Shown here in pieces: positions 41,472 to 53,128 of a stretch of DNA of 64,000 bases; the stretch's first letter is position 1, and each line of letters starts with the position of its first letter. This DNA comes from Vampirovibrionaceae bacterium NZW_1234 (GTDB lineage Bacteria; Cyanobacteriota; Vampirovibrionia; Vampirovibrionales; JAGQHJ01). Where the stretch lies: NCBI GenBank assembly GCA_041697335.1, contig JBGUGD010000002.1, forward strand, positions 160,001-224,000, written 5' to 3'. The notes beneath the pieces are model-generated. The model was not told the DNA's origin. It searched no databases and worked only from the letters and a program-made list of their open reading frames with translations. The position numbers and the translations under genes were made by a program.

Positions 41472-42338
41472 ATGCTAGGCACGGTGTTTACACCCGGCAG
41501 CACGCTGAGCACGATATTAGACCCATTAGCCGCAAATGCGCCTTATTTACAAGGGTCGTCGTTGTTTGAAAAGACATTGCGCTCTCAATATAACGCGATG
41601 GGCATTCCTGCAGCCTCGATTAACAATGCATTCGGGACAGTTGGGCTTGCAGAATCACCCTTTACTATGCCGCCGGCAACTCTATCTTCCATTCCTTTAG
41701 GAGGCGGTGGTGCTTCCACTGCTTTGGATGCATTAGTAAATATGGCGGCTCAACTTAAACAACAGGCCCCTGCAACAGCCCCGGCTCCTGCAAAGGCGGA
41801 AGAGCCAAAAATAGAGACATTACCACCAACTGAGGTAAAGTCTCCTGCCGGAGCTGCTGCAAAAGCAACAGTAGAAGCTGAGGACATTAAGGCTCCCGCT
41901 GGCAATGCCGATGATGAGAAAAAGCCGGAGTGGTCACAACCTCTGCCTACTGTGACACAGAAGGCTACTGTTGCTTCCCCACCGCCTGTGCAAAAGCGTG
42001 AGCAAAAGAAAAATGACGATGAAGAAAAGTATATGGGCTTCACGAAGAGTGACCTCCAGCGCTACATTATCTTGTCCAATATAGACCGTGACGATCGACT
42101 GGGCTATATGTTGTCTTCGAAAATGAATACTAAACAGATTGAAACATACTTCAAATTGGCCAAAATGGATAAGGATGAACGGAAGCTCATTATGTTCATG
42201 GCCGGTCTCTCCAAGGACGACGATAAGGACAAGAAGGTCGACAAGAAAGACAAGGATGACGATAAGGACAAGAAAGTCGACAAGAAAGACAAGGACGACG
42301 ATAAGGATAAGAAAGTCGACAAGAAAGACAAGGACTAA
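41472..42338 (+). CDS. Hypothetical protein with shared N-terminal leader and Asp/Lys repeat tail
   Basis: SD GAGGAG; first ~44 aa nearly identical to those of the next gene. Confidence 0.8.
   Translation: MLGTVFTPGSTLSTILDPLAANAPYLQGSSLFEKTLRSQYNAMGIPAASINNAFGTVGLAESPFTMPPATLSSIPLGGGGASTALDALVNMAAQLKQQAPATAPAPAKAEEPKIETLPPTEVKSPAGAAAKATVEAEDIKAPAGNADDEKKPEWSQPLPTVTQKATVASPPPVQKREQKKNDDEEKYMGFTKSDLQRYIILSNIDRDDRLGYMLSSKMNTKQIETYFKLAKMDKDERKLIMFMAGLSKDDDKDKKVDKKDKDDDKDKKVDKKDKDDDKDKKVDKKDKD
42213..42335 (+). repeat. 39-nt tandem repeat x3 (KDDDKDKKVDKKD)
   Basis: AAGGAyGACGATAAGGAyAAGAArGTCGACAAGAAAGAC repeated three times plus a partial copy; only synonymous differences. Confidence 0.92.
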
Positions 42339-42445
42339 TCCATTATCGTACTGGCCCAATCATCAAATACAGGTTTTACCTTCGATTTAACATTTGACTC
42401 GGATGACCCAATTCCCGTCCAGTTAGTAGATGCGGCAAATCAAAT

Positions 42446-42494
42446 CTTAAGGATTTGTTAACCCGCGCAATTCGGCAAATTTGGCTGTTTTTAT
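42446..42494 (+). promoter_or_regulatory. Recurring promoter-like motif with upstream tandem repeat
   Basis: CTTAAG-GATTT-GTTAAC-N3-CGCAA-N16-GTTTTTAT. Confidence 0.55.
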
Positions 42495-42607
42495 TGTTTT
42501 ATACTGGTTTGTTTAAATTTCCCGATGGGTGTCGGGATACCACTGACACCCCGTGAATCCCAAGCTTGAAGCAGGCTTGGGCGGACTTGGGAAAAAGGAG
42601 AAGTGAT

Positions 42608-43153
42608 ATGTTGACGACGGTGTTCACGCCCGGTTCGACTCTGAGTACGATATTGGATCCCTTGCCCGCAAATGCGCCTTATTTGCAAGGGTCGTCGTTG
42701 TTTGAAAAGACGTTGCGGTCTCAATATAATGCGATGGGAGTTTCCCCGGCCACAGTGGATTCGGCCTTTGGTACACCCAATTTTTGGGCTACACCCTTGT
42801 CGGCAGCTCCAGTGGCGTCATCGGGTTTTGTAACATCACCCCCCTACAGTATGGATTTGATTTCACAAGCGGCTTGGTTGAGTTTATCGGATTCCACGGC
42901 CTCCTCCCCGGTCGCAGATTCGTCTTCAGCAAGCGCAACGGCGAGTACTTCTAACCAGACCACAGCACCTGCGGCTGAAGTGTCTGTGTCGTCTGTAACG
43001 GATGCGGCTACCGAATTTATTCAATCTACGGCATCAGAAGTCCAATCTGCATCAAACGAAGGGCCCGGAACGAGAGGCAATGGCCTGAAATTAGGGCACC
43101 ATAAGCACGGCAATGGTGGTCCTCCAGGGCTTGCCCGTCGAGGAAATAATTAG
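42608..43153 (+). CDS. Hypothetical Ser/Thr/Ala-rich protein with shared N-terminal leader
   Basis: SD AGGAG; MLTTVFTPGSTLSTILDPLPANAPYLQGSSLFEKTLRSQYNAMG; C-terminal GHHKHGNGGPPGLARR. Confidence 0.8.
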   Translation: MLTTVFTPGSTLSTILDPLPANAPYLQGSSLFEKTLRSQYNAMGVSPATVDSAFGTPNFWATPLSAAPVASSGFVTSPPYSMDLISQAAWLSLSDSTASSPVADSSSASATASTSNQTTAPAAEVSVSSVTDAATEFIQSTASEVQSASNEGPGTRGNGLKLGHHKHGNGGPPGLARRGNN

Positions 43154-43177
43154 GATTTTACGGTTTGAGTCAACATA

Positions 43178-43209
43178 AATCCCCCGGCTTGTTATCAAGC
43201 CGGGGGATT
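43178..43209. terminator. Bidirectional terminator hairpin
   Basis: AATCCCCCGGCTTG-TTAT-CAAGCCGGGGGATT. Confidence 0.85.
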
Positions 43210-43244
43210 GTTTTAATGTTTGTTTTTTAGGGCAACGGTTTGTC

Positions 43245-47254
<4,010 letters not shown>

Positions 47255-47540
47255 AATACCCTCCTTAAGTGTATCTCGATGTGGTTATGTTCTGTTGATA
47301 TACCCCTGCTTGGATGTTGAATACTATATTGTTTTCTCTTGTTTACGATATGGGCTCAAGACGTGAATTCAATGACCCGGGTATGGCTATTTTGCAAAAG
47401 TCCCGGACCTGGCTCTCCTCCGATTAGATTAACAAAAGTTTACAAAGTCATCGGAACAGGGGATTACGGTCGTCGTGAAAATACGTATGATTGTTCCATA
47501 ATCAATCTCTACAGGCGCAGAGACCACGAGGAGGTTATTC

Positions 47541-47816
47541 ATGGGCTTAGCGGTCAAGCACGACCATCCCTTTTGGAATGTCAATAAACTGTCCCCAGAA
47601 GAAAAAGATACAGTTTCAACATCGATTACCCAAACCTGGACTGATCAAGCTGTTAAATGCTACTTGACCAACGCCGACTGTTCCAGCTGCTCCATTCCTC
47701 GGGGCAACTACTCCTTTACCTGTCAGATGTATAAAGTTGTCCCAGTGCTCTTGGAAAGCTTAGGCGAGCCTGAGCCCTCCCGAGTGGAAAAGCTGATGCC
47801 GTTTTTGTACGACTAA
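47541..47816 (+). CDS. Small Cys-rich hypothetical protein (C-x6-C-x2-C-x10-C)
   Basis: SD GAGGAGG; WTDQAVKCYLTNADCSSCSIPRGNYSFTCQM. Confidence 0.75.
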   Translation: MGLAVKHDHPFWNVNKLSPEEKDTVSTSITQTWTDQAVKCYLTNADCSSCSIPRGNYSFTCQMYKVVPVLLESLGEPEPSRVEKLMPFLYD

Positions 47817-47905
47817 CCCTGCTAATAACAAGGTTTCCCCTTACAATTCTCCTTTATCGAACACATTATCTCAATCGTCAGAACAATTCATTCATTCGCT
47901 GTACC

Positions 47906-47936
47906 AACCGGAGGCATTTCTCCGGTTTTATTTTTT
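47906..47936 (+). terminator. Intrinsic terminator
   Basis: AACCGGAG-GCATTT-CTCCGGTT then T-rich tail. Confidence 0.75.
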
Positions 47937-47982
47937 GCAAATGAATTCCGAGAGCTGGCTTTAAAGTGTCAGAGTTGGTTTT

Positions 47983-48312
47983 TTACTGCCCTTGAGCAGG
48001 TTTAGTCGTCGCGTGGTCAGACTGCTTTTTAATGGGGCAAGGTTTGTTGGATTTTGCGCGCTTGCAGCAGTCTTTTTTCTGATGATGCGGGCAAGTGCCT
48101 TGTTCCATTTTGCAGTGCTGGTGGTTGCCTTTCTTGTGGCTACGATGATGGGCACAGCAATCCTGTTTGGTTTGCTTGGTCTGGATGTTGGTTTGTGCCG
48201 TATCCTGGGCTAAAACGTCCGAGGGCATGGCACTGGCGAGAAAGCCCATTAAAAGGGCCGAGGCAAAAATATGCTTGAATCTAAGGTTTTTTAGTTCAGT
48301 GGATTTACGCAT
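47983..48312 (-). CDS. Secreted His/Cys-rich small protein
   Basis: Signal ending VLA-Q; CCAHHRSHKK...HQHC...CPHH...CC...CP; SD GGAG. Confidence 0.65.
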   Translation of the reverse strand: MRKSTELKNLRFKHIFASALLMGFLASAMPSDVLAQDTAQTNIQTKQTKQDCCAHHRSHKKGNHQHCKMEQGTCPHHQKKDCCKRAKSNKPCPIKKQSDHATTKPAQGQ

Positions 48313-48530
48313 GGGGTGGTTTCTCCAATTGATGTGCTGTGTTGAATTCAGCTGGTATTATAAATCATCTTTGTGACCGATTGTATGAAGGTTGGGTGAA
48401 TATCAGCTCCAGATAAGGATATTGCGTGGTTTTGTAGGGCCATTTAACCCGACTGGCTTGATGACCCATACTTGATCCTGAGACAGAATCCGTTATGATA
48501 GAAACAGGCATATTTGCCTACCCACTCTAT

Positions 48531-48606
48531 GCGGGCGTAACTCAGTTGGTAGAGTACTTGCCTTCCAAGCAAGCTGTCGCGCGTTCGAGCCGCGTCGCCC
48601 GCTCCA
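48531..48606 (+). tRNA. tRNA-Gly (anticodon TCC)
   Basis: GCGGGCG/CGCCCGC acceptor stem, D-loop AGTTGGTA, anticodon arm CTTGC-CTTCCAA-GCAAG, TTCGA T-loop, encoded CCA; 76 nt. Confidence 0.97.
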
Positions 48607-48779
48607 TTTCTTCAAAATATAAAGCTGTTTTTCGTCACTGTTCACACCGCGTATTTACAGTGATTTTATGGTTGGATGAGCGATTACAGATTTAAATCCT
48701 GTTGACGTAGTTTTGTTGGGAACACTATTCAGTATCCACTTCTAGGCAATGAGCAAAGCCGATTGGTTTTTAGATTAGT

Positions 48780-49544
48780 GTGAATGCTATAACGACGAAT
48801 CAGCAATGGAATAATCCCTGGGCTGTGCCGTATGGGTACACGCGCTCATCAGTTCCAGCAACAAGTAACGCAGGCATCTCTTCTCAACTTTGGGCAGAAG
48901 TATTGCCGGGTATTCGAACTCGGCTGAATACCCGAGAAAAGGTAATCGCATTAACCTTCGATGCCTGCGGATCGAGTAATGATGGCTTTGATACACGGAT
49001 TATCAATTGTCTTTATCGCTATCAAATTCCAGCAACCCTCTTTATTTCAGGGCGTTGGATTGCTAAAAACCCGGGTTTATTTTACCAATTGGCCCAAAAC
49101 CCCTTATTTGAAATTGAAAATCATGGCGTGGAGCATAAACCGGCATCTGTAAGTGGCCGCTCCGCCTATGGTATTGCGGGAACTCGTAATGAATGGGAAT
49201 TGGCGTATGAGGTGGAACAGAATGCTCGTATAATCCAGAGTTATACTGGTAGAAGGCCCCGGTTTTATCGGTCCGGAACCGCATTTTACGATCCAGGAGC
49301 CGTGAATTTGATCTATCGCCTCGGGTTTCAGCCGGTTGGATTTAGTGTTTTAGGTGATGCGGGTGCAACCTATTCCCGGAGCCAAGTACGACAAGCTTTA
49401 TTAAGTGCTGATGCCGGGGCCATTACGATTATGCATATGAATCATCCAGAGCGAGATGCAGGGAATGGTTTGGCTGATGCTCTACCGGAACTTTTGAGTC
49501 GAGGGTATCGTTTTGTAAAATTGGAAGATTACTCTTTGGCATGA
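48780..49544 (+). CDS. Polysaccharide deacetylase (CE4/NodB-type)
   Basis: IALTFDACG, ATLF, EIENHG..H, RFYRSG, IMHMNHP, GYRFVKL. Confidence 0.88.
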   Translation: MNAITTNQQWNNPWAVPYGYTRSSVPATSNAGISSQLWAEVLPGIRTRLNTREKVIALTFDACGSSNDGFDTRIINCLYRYQIPATLFISGRWIAKNPGLFYQLAQNPLFEIENHGVEHKPASVSGRSAYGIAGTRNEWELAYEVEQNARIIQSYTGRRPRFYRSGTAFYDPGAVNLIYRLGFQPVGFSVLGDAGATYSRSQVRQALLSADAGAITIMHMNHPERDAGNGLADALPELLSRGYRFVKLEDYSLA

Positions 49545-49874
49545 GTGATAGATGGCTGCAACCAGAAATGAGACTCTTGCCGACAGAAAGGGAAGAAGTG
49601 GTTCTGTGAGTAAATAAAAAACGAAGGGGGAACGAACAGATATTTTAAATTGAATGGATAATCATAATCACGTGATTTTGCTTGTCTTAGCGAGTGATCT
49701 TCCAAGCAGGCTATAGTGGTTGTAACAGCGTTGCCTGCGCTCCGTTTTAAAAATAATACAAGAACATCTGTTTTGAGCAATTAGCGATCTTGAGTGCATT
49801 TATTCTCTCAATGTTATTGCTCAACCGATCCGTGAGATTTCCAGTTTGCCATGCCGTTCTTAATCCATTCCGGG

Positions 49875-50486
49875 ATGATGTTAAAGCCGTCTTTCAGGTC
49901 TTTCTATGCCATACGCTTTTGTGCAGAACGGCCATCTAATTCACCTGTGAACCAGAATATCGATATAAATAATCCCAGCGATCTGGCAAAAGCTATGGTT
50001 GAGCAACGTGATGCTTTGTTGCGTTACCTGGCGATGCGACGGGTGCCTGAACACATTCGGGAAGACTGTTTTCATGAGGGAGTGTGCCACGTGCTTGAGG
50101 GAAGTTATCGCTATGATGAAAAAGAGACTCTGCAAAAATTCTTCCAGCGAGCGGTTTTTCGTGTCTGGGATCGGACTCGAAAAAGAAATTCTCGCCACTA
50201 CACAGCTCCTTTGGGCGAGATGCAAAAGATATTAAGGTCTTCCGAGGATTCACCCCAGGAACGAGCAATGATGGCGGAGACAGAGAAAGCCATTGTTGCC
50301 AAGATAAACGCCTTGCCCAAACTGGTTGCGCTGGCTTTTGCCTATCACCAGCAAGGGGACTTTACAGTGAAGCAAATTGCCGAACGCCTGGGTATTTCTG
50401 TGCAGACCTATTATCGAAACATTCGGGAGCCTTTAGAAAACCTCCAGGATGAGATCACCCGAAATCTGTTACGAGTGCCATCCTGA
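49875..50486 (+). CDS. ECF-type sigma-70 family factor with N-terminal RFC extension
   Basis: Region-2-like LLRYL...EDCFHE and region-4-like INALP...FTVKQIAERLGISVQT; start uncertain (49851-49878). Confidence 0.75.
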   Translation: MMLKPSFRSFYAIRFCAERPSNSPVNQNIDINNPSDLAKAMVEQRDALLRYLAMRRVPEHIREDCFHEGVCHVLEGSYRYDEKETLQKFFQRAVFRVWDRTRKRNSRHYTAPLGEMQKILRSSEDSPQERAMMAETEKAIVAKINALPKLVALAFAYHQQGDFTVKQIAERLGISVQTYYRNIREPLENLQDEITRNLLRVPS

Positions 50487-50663
50487 ATCCCTTTGTGAAA
50501 AATGAAGCCCTTGTCAGGTAAGTTGTTCAAGCCCTCTCCCGATTGAAAAAATTAGCAGGGTATCCAATAGACGAAACTCGTTTTCAGCATCATTGTGGAA
50601 GTGATGAGGTCATTTAAAGGTGAGACGTGAGTCAGGATGAGAAAGAGAAGGAAGATGGTACGC

Positions 50664-51092
50664 ATGAAACATTGGATTATGGCCGTGGTGCTGTTTGCGG
50701 GGTTCGTTGTTTTTAATGCTCTTCCTCAAGCCGATGCGGCCAATATGTGTGTGGACCGTTATGGTCGGATTGTGAAAAGCACAGCCGCAGGGGCGGGTAT
50801 TGGTGCTGTAGCTGGCGCCATTAGCGGAGAAAGTTCTGCATTGAAAGGGGGCCTTGTTGGAGCTGGGACCGGGGCTGTCGTCGGTGCTCTGGATCGGAGT
50901 GATACGTTACGGGATAATCCTTTGGCCCGTCGGGCTGCCTCTGGTGCAGCACTGGGTGTTGGGACAAGCCTGATTACGGGATCCAATCTCATTAAAAGCG
51001 GTCTTGTTGGGGCTGGTGCCGGTGCGGTGTATCATTATGGGAAATCCCGCCTCACCGATGATTTCGGCCGTCCCATTCCCAATTGTCGTTAA
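50664..51092 (+). CDS. Secreted glycine-zipper protein
   Basis: Signal ending ADA-A; repeated GAGIGAVAG / GLVGAGTGA motifs. Confidence 0.75.
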   Translation: MKHWIMAVVLFAGFVVFNALPQADAANMCVDRYGRIVKSTAAGAGIGAVAGAISGESSALKGGLVGAGTGAVVGALDRSDTLRDNPLARRAASGAALGVGTSLITGSNLIKSGLVGAGAGAVYHYGKSRLTDDFGRPIPNCR

Positions 51093-51147
51093 TTGAGTTA
51101 GTCACTTACGTTATAGGCAAATGTAACGGATGTAAATGTGAAGTGTG

Positions 51148-51456
51148 TTATCTGGAGCGCCGTGTATTTCGGCTCTCGGGGCCATTTTTTGAAGCACTTC
51201 GGGCAAGATAGGCTGCTATGTCTGCTCCGGTATGGATGTTCATTCCACCATCAGGTAAAGGCTCACAGTGGTAATCGGACATCACTTCCGGATCGCCGGT
51301 GATTTCAAGGAGAGTTTGTTTCATTTTTGCTCTAACGGCCGCCTCTCCTTGAACTTGGCGACAGGCTTGTGCCACTTGACGAAACTGGAGGTCGGTAATT
51401 TTTGTGGTCGCACTGAAACGAAGCGAACCGATAGAAAAGCCACTGCGAATTTGCAT
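51148..51456 (-). CDS. Small hypothetical protein with RFS leader
   Basis: SD AGGAG; MQIRSGFSIGSLRFSA. Confidence 0.65.
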   Translation of the reverse strand: MQIRSGFSIGSLRFSATTKITDLQFRQVAQACRQVQGEAAVRAKMKQTLLEITGDPEVMSDYHCEPLPDGGMNIHTGADIAAYLARSASKNGPESRNTRRSR

Positions 51457-51558
51457 GGGAATAATCTCCTGATGAGGGTGTTGAAGAGGATAACGTCTCT
51501 CAATGTTAGGAATTGCTTAAATGGGTGTTGATGCATTTCTGCTGATGACACTAAAAAA

Positions 51559-51607
51559 CTAAAAAAATTCTTATCTCTAGCATGGAATTTTAATTGCTTG
51601 TTTTTAT
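51559..51607 (+). promoter_or_regulatory. Recurring promoter-like motif with upstream tandem repeat
   Basis: CTAAAA-AAATT-CTTATC-N3-AGCAT-N16-GTTTTTAT. Confidence 0.5.
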
Positions 51608-51614
51608 ATAACTG

Positions 51615-52279
51615 AACGATAGAGAATATTCATCATAGGCCATTTTAGGTTGTTGTTGATAGTTCATGAGTGACTGGCGATATAGTGTAATTTTGGAATG
51701 AGAACCTGGCTTGGGTTGCAGTTCTAGGTTGCATTGCGACTAACCTTCTAACACTAAAAACATTCGCGTCAAGATGAGCGGTATTGGATTGATGCGGTTT
51801 GTGTTTTAGCCTGCTGTTTCTTGACACGCAGGGCGCTCATGGCCCAAAGTCTGTCTTCGTATATTCAGACTAACGTCTTAAATTGGCCGGAATATGCCAT
51901 AGGAATATTGTTGGAGGTACATCTATGGGATTCCGTGAGGTCGGGTACGCATCAAAAAAATGGATTTTATTGAAAAGGAGATTTGTTTCTCAAAGTGTCT
52001 TTTTAACGGCTTTATCTTTCTTGGTGGATCCTCGCTTAATAGTGTCTAGAAAGGCTATCAAGACACAACAGACTTTTTATCAAAGAGCAAGTTTGCGTAT
52101 GGATGAGGTGGCTCGGGAGGTATGGGAGGCAGAGTGCGGCTATGTGGCTTGGCATCTGTATGTCTGTGCAGATGCAATGAAACGAGCAGCGTCTGCCCCC
52201 CATAAATTTCACATGATGTAACCAGATCCTGTCTACGATCCGTGATATGCCTCCTGTTTCCGAACGGAGGCTTTTTTTT
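51615..52279 (+). ncRNA. Candidate large structured RNA (or highly structured mRNA of ORF 51925-52221)
   Basis: Many nested helices with G-U pairs on the plus strand between a promoter-like motif and a terminator; ends approximate. Confidence 0.4.
52249..52279 (+). terminator. Intrinsic terminator
   Basis: GCCTCC...GGAGGC followed by T8. Confidence 0.85.
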
Positions 52280-52319
52280 GCTCGAGTTTTTGCCTAAAAT
52301 TTCTGGGTTTTAAACAATC

Positions 52320-52368
52320 CTAAAGAAAATCTTAAGGCCATCACAAAGAAGAAAATTTTTGTTTTTAT
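52320..52368 (+). promoter_or_regulatory. Recurring promoter-like motif with upstream tandem repeat
   Basis: CTAAAG-AAAAT-CTTAAG-N3-ATCAC-N16-GTTTTTAT; 35/50 ungapped identity to 55682-55731 by hand count. Confidence 0.55.
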
Positions 52369-52526
52369 ATCTACATCTGTTGTTGAGGTGATAGGCTACT
52401 GATACTTTTTGCACGAAAGGTGACCTGATCATCTTGAATACGGATCTGATATGAGTTGAACGGCAACCATCACGGTTTGGACTCGTGATGAGCCCTGGTA
52501 AAAAGGCTATTTTGGGAGGTACTCTG

Positions 52527-52925
52527 GTGGTGAATGGTATTCAGCGCTCTCCGGTCTCCGGAAATCCAGCGGCATTTGGGTTTAATGTGGCAGATAGAAA
52601 AGCAGACAGCTATTTGAATTCGTATGGCTTAACGGGGCAATTTGCACCGCCCGGGTTGGACCTGCAACCGTTTAGTGGTCGTATCGATCGCTCTCCTGCG
52701 GGTCGAGGGGCCTCGAATCGTGGTTTTGCCACGGCGGATAACAAAGCCGCAGGTTACCTGGATTCCTATGGGTTGACGGGAAATAATGTCCCGCCGGGTT
52801 TGGATTTAGCCCCTTTCAGCGGTCGTGTTCCCCGATCGCCCTTAGGCACCAACGTCAATAACCAGGGCTTTCAGTTGGCCGATAATAAGGCCGGTAATTA
52901 CCTGGCTTCCTACGGTTTGGCTTAA
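52527..52925 (+). CDS. Small protein built of 48-aa tandem repeats
   Basis: SD GGGAGG then GTG; repeats start at 52545, 52689 and 52833 (RSP...GF..AD.KA..YL.SYGL). Confidence 0.8.
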   Translation: MVNGIQRSPVSGNPAAFGFNVADRKADSYLNSYGLTGQFAPPGLDLQPFSGRIDRSPAGRGASNRGFATADNKAAGYLDSYGLTGNNVPPGLDLAPFSGRVPRSPLGTNVNNQGFQLADNKAGNYLASYGLA

Positions 52926-53128
52926 TTCAATTCGGGTATTCCATAAGCCATTATCGTCATCCAAACTAGGTGTTGCCGTTGGAGTGACGAAATGTAACAT
53001 GGTATAACTTTTTATTTTAAAAATAATTCTAATTTGCAAGGTTTTTGTGCTACCATCCCTGCTTGCGATGAATTCGTATCCATAACGAATTCATCAGCAT
53101 CGTGATTGGGTTGATATCGTAAAGCAGG

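Noticed and set aside
42213..42335. 39-nt repeats as a CRISPR array
   Set aside because: Head-to-tail with no spacers, in-frame with only synonymous changes, and no cas genes.
48531..48780. tRNA-Gly as an integration site for an island
   Set aside because: No integrase and no duplicated tRNA 3' end was seen in the window.
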